DNA of 64,000 bases from Microthyrium microscopicum. Lineage: Eukaryota. Both the position numbers and the translations under genes were made by a program. Location: positions 1,566,722-1,630,721 of the forward strand of contig MU004239.1 of assembly GCA_010405405.1 (NCBI GenBank). The letters run 5' to 3'. How positions within the stretch are numbered: the stretch's first letter is position 1; every line of letters begins with the position of its first letter. Of this stretch, positions 24,864 through 37,346 are shown in pieces. Under the pieces are notes generated by a model. The model was given only the letters and a program-made list of their open reading frames with translations, made no database searches and was not told the origin of the DNA.

Positions 24864-27719
24864 GCTTGCTCTCTACTTGACATGGTCTGAGGCGCCGCAA
24901 AAGCAATGGTAGTGTAACGAACTTGTCTGCCCTTGAAAGACAGCCAGGATTTTCTTTTCTTTTCTGTCGTTTTTCCCGTCCATTTGCATTACTAGACCTA
25001 CGTTGTGTTAGCAGATGTAGTCATTTGACCCAGCGTATGTTATGGTTCCCGGAGTATACTTTAGGCTGGGATACACGAGCTCAATGGCTTAATGGGTTGC
25101 ATTCTTGTATGATGAGGCTGGCTGGCAAGTAGTCAATGGCAATAATGAATTGAGTTCTCGTTCTGGCATTTCTTCCTCCACCATCAAAACCACTTGCATC
25201 CACTTCGGACTCGGAGGCTGTTCAGATAATATTGAAGTTGTATTACCTTTTTCAAGCTATCATGGAGGGAAGAAATCTCAACAGCACAACCTTATTTTGG
25301 TTTACGAATCAATCAACATAAGCTAGGGTCGTGATTCAATGGGGCACATAAATTTCTAGCCCATCTTTCGGACGTGTATATAGCAAGGGTCTTTATAGTC
25401 GTCTTGCCTGCATGAGAATCATTTTCTTCTTGCATGCATGTAGGCGCCCATCTGATGGTTTTCATAGCTACTATTATATATATCAATACGGCGCAAAGCT
25501 GAAGCTCAACCTGAGCCACACTGCAAGTGTTTGAGCGGTAAAGACAATTGAAATGTTGCGGGTGAAGACAATTGTAGCTAAGTCAAGCCATCAAGGTCTT
25601 GTTCTGACTTTAATCGGGCTATTGAGCAAATGGAGCTTCAGTGACTGCTTTGTATAATATCGCGGTTGTCCCGTTGTTTCCCATTTCAATCCAAAATATT
25701 AACATATCTAGGAATTGAACTTCTCGAAAAGAGTGTAATTTACTTTTAGCAGCTTGAATAACCGAAGTAATTGCTCAGAACTAAGCATTTAATGTTTTTT
25801 GTGACAATTCGATTTTGACTAAACATGCTCCATATATACACACATTAGCGAATTGCAATCGTGGAGTATCGAGGCGGGTGTGGGTGGAATAATAGTGCAG
25901 TGGTATAAGTCTCATCTGAGCAGTCATTCATTACCACCCAGACCCATTTCGACTCTGTCCCAAATCATTCATCTCCATCCACATCAATCTCTCTTTCACT
26001 TGGGAAAAAGCCGGGGGAGGCTTTTTATAGACGTATTTCTACAGCTTTCGGGCTGTACAAATACGTTGAATTTTTGTTCTAGAGAGCCATTGCATTCTTT
26101 TTCGCTGTATCGTGTTGTGGTTACCTAAGCGCGATGCTTTTGGAATTCCCTTTTGGGACTTCACGAAGCTCAGAGGTCGCGGGTTCAATACCAGACTTTT
26201 CGTTTTTGGAATTGTTTGAGATTTTCAATTTAGATTCTTTTGCTGTGTTCAAGTTACAGATGGACTGTTTTCGATTTTTTTATTTGGTATTTAGTGGTGT
26301 GGTTCTTGAAATACTCTCGATTAGATTTTACATCCTACTTAGAGGTCAACATATAAATATTTGAAGTTAGGTCCATATATGTAGCGGGATAATACCGCTA
26401 TGAGCGGTAATGTACCGTTGATGAGTAGGTCCACATTTATTCTAATATCCTGCGCGCTAATTTACTTTTGCATGCTTTGTAATTGCAACGTCTTTCACCA
26501 TCCAACTCGATTAAATCAGCTTGTCGATTGATGAACCTCGGGTGAACGGAATTTGCCATTTGGAAGATCAATCCAATCGTCGTTTCGTACTTGGAGGCAA
26601 AATGAAATGATAAGTCTTCAAGGAAAAGAAAAGAGGTCATTAGAATTGGCGTGGTGGAGATTGGCTGAGAGAAACTCCTAGCCGATGCTGTTCGTATCAA
26701 ACGGTATACCAACCTCTTCCTAAATAATTTAAAGAAGCGGGTTTCGAGTCTTAGCTATCGTCTTTTCGAGTCATATAATTCCGTAAAATATCGGGAACAC
26801 TGCCAACTTCAACAGTCTCCGTCTATTCTTCAGTCTAGGCCAATATCTTACGCACGAATCGCGCCAAGTCTTCCTGTACAAGATCGACTTCATAGCGACC
26901 TAAAGTAGCCACTCATGTATGAGGCGTGCGCAATGCGACTTAGGTAGCTCTGAAGCTCTCACACTCTGAATCGAGGACGATTTAGTAACCATACGATAAG
27001 TAGTCGTGTCGTGCTAGTTCATTACGCTTGTAGTGATATTCCCCGTGAAACATGCAGGCAGACAGAGCTTCTAGGCTACTGCACCCATGAACTGATAGAC
27101 GTTGATCAACTGTACAGCCACGAGTGCATCGCTTTCCTGTTGGGCACATGTAGATCTTCGCTGCGCCGAAAATGGCGTTGTAGACCCTGATTTGAGGATC
27201 GTGGGTTGTCATAGGGCCATACCTTATAGAACGCACATGAAGATGGAAAAAACTTGGTTCTTTTGCTATGCGTTGGGCTGCCTTGCATTGCAACTTGCAT
27301 GCATTGGTGCTTTTCTACTCTCATTGCTTGTACAGTTTGATCATGTGGGTGCCTGAACCAATATTGTTGGGGGAAGCTAGGCACAGTACTTGGACGTGAA
27401 GACTGGAGAAAAGTTTATTTCATATTTTGCTGGAGGACAAGTTTCCACACACCCTACGTCGCGGCACCCTAAGATTCTATATACCCTCTAGGGGTGGCCT
27501 AGACCCTGTTACTAAATTTAGTATAGACGCTACTAAATCTAATAATAGGGAAGAGACCTAAGTAGAATATATGTAGATCTATAGTAGAAGACTTTACTAC
27601 TATTAAAAGTAGATTTTGCTTATTAAAGCTAGATCTATATCTATAGCGATAGTAGGGTTCTTTACTAAGGTAAGAATTTTATAAAAAGGATAAAATTAAT
27701 AGAATTTAATAGAAAGATT

Positions 27720-28165
27720 TTATATACTACTTTTTAGTAGAGATTTATACTATTAAATTAGATATTAAGATATAGATATTAAATAAGTAAGCACTAAAAG
27801 CTATAGATCTAGTTTTTATAGTAGCTCTATATAGAAGTAATATTTTAATACTATATTACCTAAAATAGTATAAAATAGTAAAAATTTAGTATATAGTAGA
27901 CTAAAAATAGATAGAATAAAATATACTACTTTTTAGTAAAGATTTCTATTATAGAGTTAGACGTTAAGATATTAAGATTTTAAGAATAGCTATAGATCTA
28001 GCTTTAGGCGTAGAAGTAATATTTTAATACTATAATACGCTAAAATTAGCTAAAATTATTAAAAATCGTAAAAATATATAGTATATAAGGAATTAAGTAA
28101 GGAGATTAAATATACTGCTTTTTAGTAGTAATTTATATTATAGAATTAGCTATAGAGATATTAAG
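27720..28165. repeat. Three degenerate ~190-200 bp subterminal repeats inside the MULE left arm
   Basis: Variants of ATATACTRCTTTTTAGTA..ATTT.TA.TAT.RA.TTAG recur at ~27722, ~27921 and ~28110; GCTATAGATCTAG recurs at ~27799 and ~27989. Confidence 0.65.
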
Positions 28166-30006
28166 AGGTAAAGAGGATAAAAGGTAGGCTTTAGGTGTGT
28201 TTTTAGAAGCTTAGAACTACCTATATTAGAATATTAGCGTTTTATATTATATCTTATCTAAAAGACATTATATCTTTATCTTATTTCTATTTATTTACTT
28301 ATAAATTACTATAGCGTCTTTATTTTTTAAATATAATATACTAATATCCTCTAGATTTATTCTTATTAAGGAAGCTCTTAACTTTAAGGCTATAATTATT
28401 AAGAATCTAGTATTATTTATTAAATATATTAATCTTATTTTTAATAAAGAAGAACTAGAGCTAAGTACTTTCCTAAATAATATTAACGTACGTAAAATAT
28501 ATAAAGCTCTTAATTCTTTATTAGAGCCTAATCTAATTAATTCTATATTATTTACTAGCCTAATAAGCAATAAGGCTAGATTATAGTAGAAACTAACTCC
28601 TAGTTTAATATAGGATACTTACTAGGATTTAGATATTATTCTTTATCTTATAGTAATAAAAATAGAATTCAAAATATATAAGAAGAAAGGCTTTAGAAGG
28701 GATTAATAGCTCTAAAAGTGCTAGTTTAATTCTTATCCTTAGAAGGTATGCGCGCTTTTAATAATTCTTAGATACGTTAATATAACTATAAGAAAGTAGG
28801 TACTAATATAAATTAATGCGCTAGAAGAATATATTTATTTTATTAAATTAACTTTATAATAGTTATATTACTTAAAGTTATCTATAATAAAATAAATTAT
28901 TAAGATATATACTGCTTTTAATAAGAATACTCCTAATTAAGATATTATTAATATAATCTATAAATATATAGGCTAATAAGTTTCTCTTTAATAGGCGTCT
29001 TAGCTAAAGTATAAGATATTTAAACGTAAGAAAGATAGATTCTTAAATAGTTATTATATATTACCTTCTTAGATTAAAGTATTAAAAGAAGCTAATTCTT
29101 AGATATATATTAAAGTTAAGAAGGTTCTTATAAAGTAGATTTAATGTATATTTATATACTTATTTATAAGTTAAGCTACTTTTACTTAGTTACTTAAAAT
29201 TATTAGTTTAAATACTACTTATTATAAAATAGAATATAATACTAAGATAATTATTATTACTAAATTTAATAGTAAAGATAATATAATAATTTATACGTTT
29301 AGTATTTTTAAAGAAGAGAATAATAAGTTATAAGATTAAATATATATATATCTAGAATACGTAATGCTTAGTATTAAGATTAATAATCTCTATAAGTCTT
29401 AATGCTAGTTTCTAGATTTATTATTATTCTAGCTAGATTATCTATTCTTCTAGCTCTTTCTTTTTTTTTTTCTTAATTATATCTTTAAGATTTCTAACTT
29501 TAATTAATTATATCTCTTCTAGAATTCTATTCTATTATAATTACTAATTAAAATTAAGGCTTTTTAAATACGCTAGACTTAAATTTTAAGAAGAGCGTCC
29601 TTAGTTAGTATACTTTTTACTTTAAATAAAATATTTAGTTTTATTTTAGTATATAGGTATTACGATAGGTTATTAAATATACTAATTCTATCTTAACTTA
29701 CTAATAAAACTATTTAATACTATAAAATATTACTATATACTTTATAGGCTTTAAATCTTATATTAAGAAGCTACTTAAAGAGAAGTAGGTATAAGAATAC
29801 TTCTCTACTCTATAATATAGTTAGTTAATATCTAATACTTCTAAGATTGCTAATTTAGCTCTTAATAGATACTATTACAAGTATTCTATTCTTCTTTTAA
29901 ATAATATCTAGAATTATATTATTAAATAGCGTACTAAATATTAAGGAGTAGGTAATTAAATCTATATATACTTAAATCTATACTAATATTTAATATTTAT
30001 AGATCT

Positions 30007-30210
30007 TGTCAGGGAGCTACGGATACAAGGGGTGCAATCTAGATGTAGATATAATTCGAGAAAACTAAGACAGAGAATCTAGAAGAGGGATTAGGGCCGG
30101 CAGGAGATAAGCTCCATATTGGCTAAACCTTGGGCGCTAAGCCCTTAGCATTACGTAATGGGGATGCCAGAGATCTTATAAAGAGATCTCAACGAAGAGG
30201 ATTCGTAATA
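30007..30210 (-). repeat. 3' LTR of the Gypsy element (204 bp)
   Basis: Direct repeat of 37143-37346; adjacent to the polypurine tract. Confidence 0.95.
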
Positions 30211-33200
30211 ATACTCCCCCCTCCAACATTAGCGCTCCTAAGCTAATCTAATCATGCAGGATAACGCTATAATAGGTATAAAACGTATTATAACTATAAC
30301 AATGAAAGCAAAGAGTTCAACATCCTTCTGTATATAACACTACGGGTGTCCGTTCCTTGCTGCCCTCTAGCCTGCTAAGGTAACTGTTGAGCAGCATTAA
30401 TAAACCATAAGATGTCCTTAGAATACTTTAGTTCGCAGAAGTATTAGGACACCGCCGTGGCGATAATAATAACCTTACCAATTAGGGGGAATACCGTTAG
30501 AGTCGTATTCTTCGTCCTTCTTCTTTTAAGGGTTGACGAACGACTCGTAGGGGCCTAGTTTCGTAGGATTACGGTTATAAAACTCTGCGACAAGCTTAGG
30601 GCATAATTCAAGATCTATCCATAGTTGCCAATCTAGGTCGCGATTCCAATTATCCTATTTAGTAAATTCAACTTTATATTAAAGTATCTTCTTCTTACCT
30701 TTTCCTCGCTAATTATGCTAATGGCTATTAATAACGCGATTAACTAACTATTCTTGCTTATCGTCGTTTCCTTCTAGATCGGCAATGGCTAGGGGATTGT
30801 CAGGTTCTTACAGCACGGCGGCGCCTTTAGGGACGGGGTGTAAAAGCTAAGCGTAGAAGACAAAGTATATTTTCATCTTCTCAGGGAGATCAAGCTTATA
30901 AGTAAGTATATCAATTTTCTTTAAGATCTTAAATAGGCCAGTAGATTTATTATCGAGTGATTTAGAGAGGCGAAGGGTCTTATAATAGCGTATGTCTAGA
31001 CGTACCTAGTCGCCTAGTTTAAGGTCAGGTACTAGACAGCGGTGTTGGTTAACTTACTCGTTTATTAATACCTAGGACTATGAAATTTGCTCGCAGAGGT
31101 AATTACGCAAGTCTTATCTATCTTTAAGGAACGCGTCTACGGAGCGTTATTTATTCTGTGCTAGCTTAAAGCCTACATACGCTTTGCTTAGTATAACTAG
31201 TTCTAAGCTAGATCGTGGTAGCGAGCCATTAAGCGCTTTAAACAAGCTTATTTTAGTAGTGGCGTAAATAGCATAGTTAGCTTTAAACTCAGTGAATAGT
31301 AGGAGTCTAACCCAATCATTTTATTAATAATTAACGAAGCATCATAAGTAAGCCTTTAGGGCTTATACTGCGATCTTAGTAATGCCGTCAGATTGTAGGT
31401 ACTAAGCGATAGTAAGGCGGATTATCACTCCTACTCGCTCACATAAGCGGCGCCAGAAGGCTAAAGTAAATTAGGATCCACGATTAGATAAGATAGAGTC
31501 TAGCTAGCCGGTATGCTTCCAGATCTAGTCAAGAAATGCTAATATTATTATCTAGACGCTAAGGTTAGCTAAGGGTATAAAGCAGCAAGTACGAGTAAGT
31601 CTGTTAACCACTATCATGGCGTAGCGATAAATAACTCCTAAATAGACGTATGGTAGTAACGCGACGGCGAAGTCGATTAAGATATTAGCCCACGCGCGAT
31701 CTAGTAGAGAGAATAACCATAGTAGGCCTTGTTTCTTTTATATCACTAGCTTAAAGAAAGCGCAGCGGCATTATTTCACATACTATTTAACGTCTTCTGC
31801 CATACAAGGCTAGTAGTAGAACTAGGATAGACGTTAATAGGTCGTAGTAGTGCCTCCATGTCTCATAATCTTATAATCGTGTGCGTATTGCATTATATAA
31901 TAGCGAAGTTTCCCATAGAGAACTAATAGGCGCTAGCGATATTAAATGGTTCTATCTGCAAGGACTTAACAGTCTCTAAGCTTGATGGATTCGCGTTCTA
32001 GTGTACCGTAAGGCAAGTAGTAATATTGCGCTACTTTATAGTTGTGGATAGCTTAAATAAGCTTATTCTTTTTACTCGCTTTAATAATATCTTTCTACAA
32101 CGTTTTTAGGTTGGTAGGTATATTTTCTACCTTAGGATAACTAGTTAATTCCCCTAAGGTTAGAGCGTCCTTAGGACGACTCCCTATAGTTGGATTACTA
32201 GTTGACTCCCCTTCTGCGGTAAACATATCAACTTCATTAATAATAATTATAGCTAACTCAATTATTAAAGGGCGTTCACCCTAAACCAGTATAGTCGCTA
32301 CCTTAATAGCTTAGCGCGTATTATAAGTAATTACATTAGATGTACAGCGCGTGCTATAAATATTAGCGAAATGGTAGGGGAATAGTATAGGACGTACTTA
32401 TTATACGACTTGTAGGTCATTATTAAATTGTAATAGGTCTTAGGACCATCGAGTAAGGGCATTAGCTTTAGCGTTTAATAGTCCATTACGGTATTCAATT
32501 TTAAACTAGAATTGTAATAGGAACTCCACCTAGCGTGCTTAACAGCGAAAGAGCTTCTTTATAGACATGAACAACTGTAAATTAAGATAGTCTATATAGA
32601 CTTTAATAGAATCGTTAATAGAGAATAGCTCTAGTTCCCATTCTTTGAATGCGCGAATAATTGTAAGTAGTTCTTTATCGTAAATATCGTAGTTATACTC
32701 TGCTAGTATCATCTTTTTAGATAAGAAGGCAACTAGGTAAAGTTCTTTATTATTATTCTTTTATAAGAGAACTACTATAGCGACTTAGTCGGAAGCATTA
32801 GTTTCAAGCCAGGTTTCTTTATTAGGATCAAAATATTGCAAGATTAGTGCTATAGTAAAAGCTTTCTTCAGGGCTTTAAAAGCGGCTTCCTCAAGGCCAT
32901 CCAGATTCTAAGGATATCGTTAAGGGACGTCCTTTTTAGTAAGTGTTATCATTAGTACTACGATTTTCGAGTATCCTTTAATAAATTAGCGATAGAAGTT
33001 TATGAAGCCTAGGAATATTTAGACGTCTTTAAGTAATAAGGAACGTTACCATTTTAGCACCGCTTCTACCTTCTTCTCGTCCATAAGGATTCCGTTAGGG
33101 GTAATAATAATACCAAGGTATTTAACGCTCTTAGTCATAAATTCTAACTTAGTAATGTCGAGGTAGAAGCTAGCTTTTTTAAGCTTGTTAAGGATTAGAT

Positions 33201-36200
33201 GGACGTAAGCAATATACTCTTCTTTAGTTTTACTCTAGATAAGGACGTCATCTAGGTATATAGTAATGAAGTCGTCTAGGTATTTACGAACGGCGCTATT
33301 AATAAAGGCTTAGAATGTTCTAGAGGAGCTAGTTATGCCGAACGGCATAACGAGGGACTTAAATAGGCCATAGCGAGTAAGAAAGGCAGTTTTATATTCA
33401 TCACCTTCATAAATTCGAATGTTGTTAAAGGCGGCGATAATATTAAATTTAGAGAAGAATCTAGCCTTACAGATCTTCGTAAGGGTTTTGGTAAGAAGTA
33501 GTAGAACATTCTAATTCTTTAAAGTAATTTCGTTCAATCCGTAGTAATCTACGTAGACTCAGATACCTCTACCTAGTTTACTAACACAAAGAACTAGTAA
33601 GGCGTATTAAGAAGTACTTTTATAGATAAAGCCTTTCCTAAGCATATTTTTAATATACTCTTTAACAACTTAAGCTTATTAGCGCGATATCCTATAGGAC
33701 TTCCGTACGGGTGCTTTAGCTTATAGATCTATTAAGATAGAATAATTAAATCTAGGGCGATAGGGCGATAATTTATCAGCTCATACTAAGTCAAAGAGGT
33801 AGACATATCAGTAAAATTCTTCAGGGATCAGGCTAAGTAATTCTTCTCGTATTAGTAGGTCCCATTTAAGCTTCTCTCGCCATTTAGTATAGTCTTCTAT
33901 TAAGATTGCTACGATGCTAGTGATATTGCGCTAAGGAATAAGGTCTAGATCTTCTTCTTCTTCCAACGCGTCAAAATCTTCTTTATATAATATAAAGAAT
34001 TAGTTTTTCTCTCGCTATATTAGAGTTACAAACACGCAAGGAGAAACAACGTAGATATTAAGAGCATTCTTATCCTTCTTTTCTATAACTACTTAGTCTC
34101 TATAATTAACTATAATAGAGCAGTGTAAAGCTATATAGCTTTAGAGACAGTGCTCAAAGTAGAAGCCTAGCGTTCGCTAGCCTCCTTAGAGTATAACTTT
34201 ATACTCGTCAACCCAAGGGTCTTTAAGGATAATATTGTAGTTAGCAATTTCTATAACGAAGCATAAGGCTTACTTAAAGTAAATACCAATCCAGAGGGTA
34301 ACGAATGCTATATAAGTTATAGTAGCGACGACGTGTCCGTTAGCCATCTTAGCTCAACATAGTCTTAATATTTTAACGGATTTAATACCATGAAGTTAAA
34401 GGTAATAGGGGTTAACGATACTAAATACGCCGCTGCTAGTATTAATAAGAACTTTTACTTTAATGTAGGAGCTATCTAAGAGAAAGATACTTTCTATAGT
34501 ACTTTATTATTATCCCACTTTTGGGATAGCGTTAGTTTCTAGTAATTAATCAATTAGTAGATAGGTAGCAGACACGTAGACTACTGCCATGCCATAAAGA
34601 GGTTCTTCCTCAGATTCAGATTCACTTAGGTAAGTTTAGATAGCTTCTATTTAGCGTTTCTTTCGTTTATTTTGCGCCTCATTAGAGTTTAGCTCATTCG
34701 CGCGTTAGTATAGAAAAGCTACGCGTTTCCCTAGCGTTAGCCATAGAATAGGGGTATATTTTCGTCATCTTCCACGCTTAGAGCACGATATAACTAAGAA
34801 ATACGGATCAAAGCCAACTTAGTTCAGATATCATTATTAGATATAGCGTCTTTACCTTAGCAGGGTACGGTTTTAGATCGTAGGTTATAGCCTTTGTCAC
34901 TATATCATAGGTAGCGTTCTTCTTTCTTAAGGCGTAGGAATAGGGCGTCGCTATAGCGTAGAATTATCTTTTAAGTATTCTTATCCTTATCCTTATCCTT
35001 ATCCTTATCTTTATTATTAGACTTCTTACGGTCAGAGAGGCAGTTAACTTGTCATAGTTCCGTTATAAACTTAGCGCTTATAGTCGCCTTGCTAGCGTAG
35101 AGATAGCTCATCAGCTCTTTAGTAATTATATTGCGCATGTAAGTCAGTTTATTAGTATCAGATAAGTAGGCTCTATTAGTTTTGCTAGTAAACTTGACTA
35201 GGTAAGAGCTTAAGTCGTTAGTCTTCTTCATTTTATTAGACGGATTCTATAACCAAAGAAGGGCAGCTTTACGCTTATTAGTGCCTTTAAAATAGCGATT
35301 AAGATTATCCCAGAACTCTACCATAGAAGCGTATAAGTTAGGTACGTCGTATTAAGCGTAATTAATAACGAAGCTAAAAGCGAGGTCTTTATATTTACTA
35401 CGGACCTAGATAGCTTAAGATAGCTTAGTAGGAAAGGTGCGTACTTCGTAGTAGAGGTAATTTTTAACTTTAAGCTTCTATTAAGGGTACGAGTCTTACT
35501 TTTTACTATTATAAGTATTAGGATCTTGCCACTCTCGTGCGGAGTTAATCTTAGAGCTTACTAACGCTTTTAAGGTAAGTATAGCGCTCTTAGTATTAAG
35601 ACAAAGATTTGGGCGTAGACGGCTCTAAGGGGGTAGCATAGTATCTTCCTCATCAAAGTTTATTTAGTACGCTAGTTCTTTAGTCTCATAGGCTAAGTTA
35701 CTTAGTTAATCTTTAAGATCTTAGATTTTTCCTTCTAAGAGTGCGATCTAATTGCGCTTTTTAATATAGGAGTTACGTAGACGCTCAATAGTGTCCATAG
35801 CTCTAGTTACCTTGCGGCGGTTAATCATATCTTATTCCTCAAGGTACAGTTATCGCTTAATTAACTAATAAGCTTTACTCACGGTTTAGGCAGCTTCACT
35901 TTCCAGGGTATGGATACGTTATTATAGGAGAGAGTTTTATACTATAGCGTTATTATATATAGTAAAGAGGTCTAACATACTGTCTTTATTATACTAGCAT
36001 TCTTTCAATAGATTTACTAAGTCGATGCGTACAGCTTTAAAAGCGATGCTCACAGCTTAGGTAGATTTAACGTAATTACAGAATTGCTTAAACTAAGTAT
36101 TAGCGTGAAAGCTAACGCTACGAGCGAAGCCTATTCCATCCTTAATAACCTCTAGCTCTACTTCGCCTTAAATATAGTAGAGTACGATAGAGTTAATAGG

Positions 36201-37142
36201 TATAAGTCTAATCTTTCCTTCTAAGTTCAGAGACTCTTATACTTAGAATGCTACTTAGTCTCGTATAAGGTACGTAAAAACAATACGGGTTTAATCTTAT
36301 AGAGTAATACTAACGTGTATTACGAAGTATTATAGGTATTAACCTTCCAGGGCGATCCAATCAATCTAATCTTGGTCCAGTGGATGTAGTTATACGTCGT
36401 AACGTACCGCTTTCTTGCCTTTGTCCTTTTTGAATGTGTTCTAAGCGCTACCTTCAGGTTATTCAATGACATCTAATAGGATCAGGGCTCAGGCCAGGGA
36501 AGGACGACGGGAGTGGATAGAGGGACGGCGCTAGCTACGGCCACGAGGTAGTACAGGCATATCGTCGTCGCTATCGAGGTCGTTAGTATTTAACTACTAC
36601 ATAGTAGACTAAGTCTCTTAAAGCTATCAAATTTTAGATTATAAGCGTGTCTCCAACTAGGGACCGCTAATTAGTTTGCTAGACATAGTCCGCAGGGTTG
36701 GTATCGTGCGATAACAAGTAGGTAGCGCTAGTACGCGAGGTTCGGCTAAGATCTTCTAAATGATTTACTTCGTTAGAGTAGCGAGTTCAGGATAGGGTTC
36801 AGGCGTTTTGTTTAAAAGTAATTCTTAATTTAGGTTCATTACCATCGATTTAGGTATATAGGAGGAGATGCAAATACAAGACGAAGCTATTGCTACAGGT
36901 CTAGTAGATATAGGGTAGAAGACGCTAAGATCTTCTCCTTAATCACCAATTGGTCTATACTAGCGGAGCTATTCGGTCCTTACACGTGAATCTCCACGCT
37001 AGTAGGGTTATTATTCTCGCAGGTCTAAAGACCTATTTTTGCGTAGAACAGCAGATTTTAGACGCGCAAACCGTTAAATCTTGTGATATTAGCGGGCGCG
37101 TTTTAAAAAAAGGTTTCAAATATTAGAGCGGTCTTAGTTTTA

Positions 37143-37346
37143 TGTCAGGGAGCTACGAATGCAAGGGGTACGATCTAGATATAGATATAATTCGAGAAAA
37201 CTAAGACAGAGAATCTAGAAGAGGGATCAGGGCCGGTAGGAGATAAGCTCTATGTTGGCTAAACCTCAGGCGCTAAGCCCTTGGCATCACGTAACGGGGA
37301 TGCCAAAGATCTTGTGAAGAGATCTCAACGGAGAGGATCCGTAACA
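37143..37346 (-). repeat. 5' LTR of the Gypsy element (204 bp)
   Basis: Direct repeat of 30007-30210; followed on the minus strand by the primer-binding region 37141-37131. Confidence 0.95.

Larger units (their letters stand above)
30007..37346 (-). mobile_element. Full-length RIP-mutated Ty3/Gypsy LTR retrotransposon (chromovirus), 7.3 kb, nested in the MULE
   Basis: 204-bp TG..CA LTRs and a 5-bp TSD GATCT (30002-06, 37347-51). Minus-strand relics occur in Gypsy order: gag zinc knuckle (~34890), protease VLI(D)T(G)SG (~34440), RT KTAFLTRYGLF..MPFG (~33360) and YLDD (33247-58), RNase H LET(D)ASD (~32800), integrase (31900-31000), chromodomain (~30550-30750). Polypurine tract GGAGGGGGGAG at 30214-30224. 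Many in-frame stops. Confidence 0.96.

Noticed and set aside
26160..26200. GAGGTCGCGGGTTCAATACC resembles a tRNA T-arm / B box
   Set aside because: The T-stem does not pair and no acceptor or anticodon stems can be formed.
28295..28570. 91-aa Ile/Leu/Asn-rich ORF
   Set aside because: Artefact of the extremely AT-rich RIPed MULE sequence.
34979..35010. (TTATCC)n repeat resembling a telomeric or satellite array
   Set aside because: It is a KDKDKD-coding microsatellite within the Gypsy gag relic.
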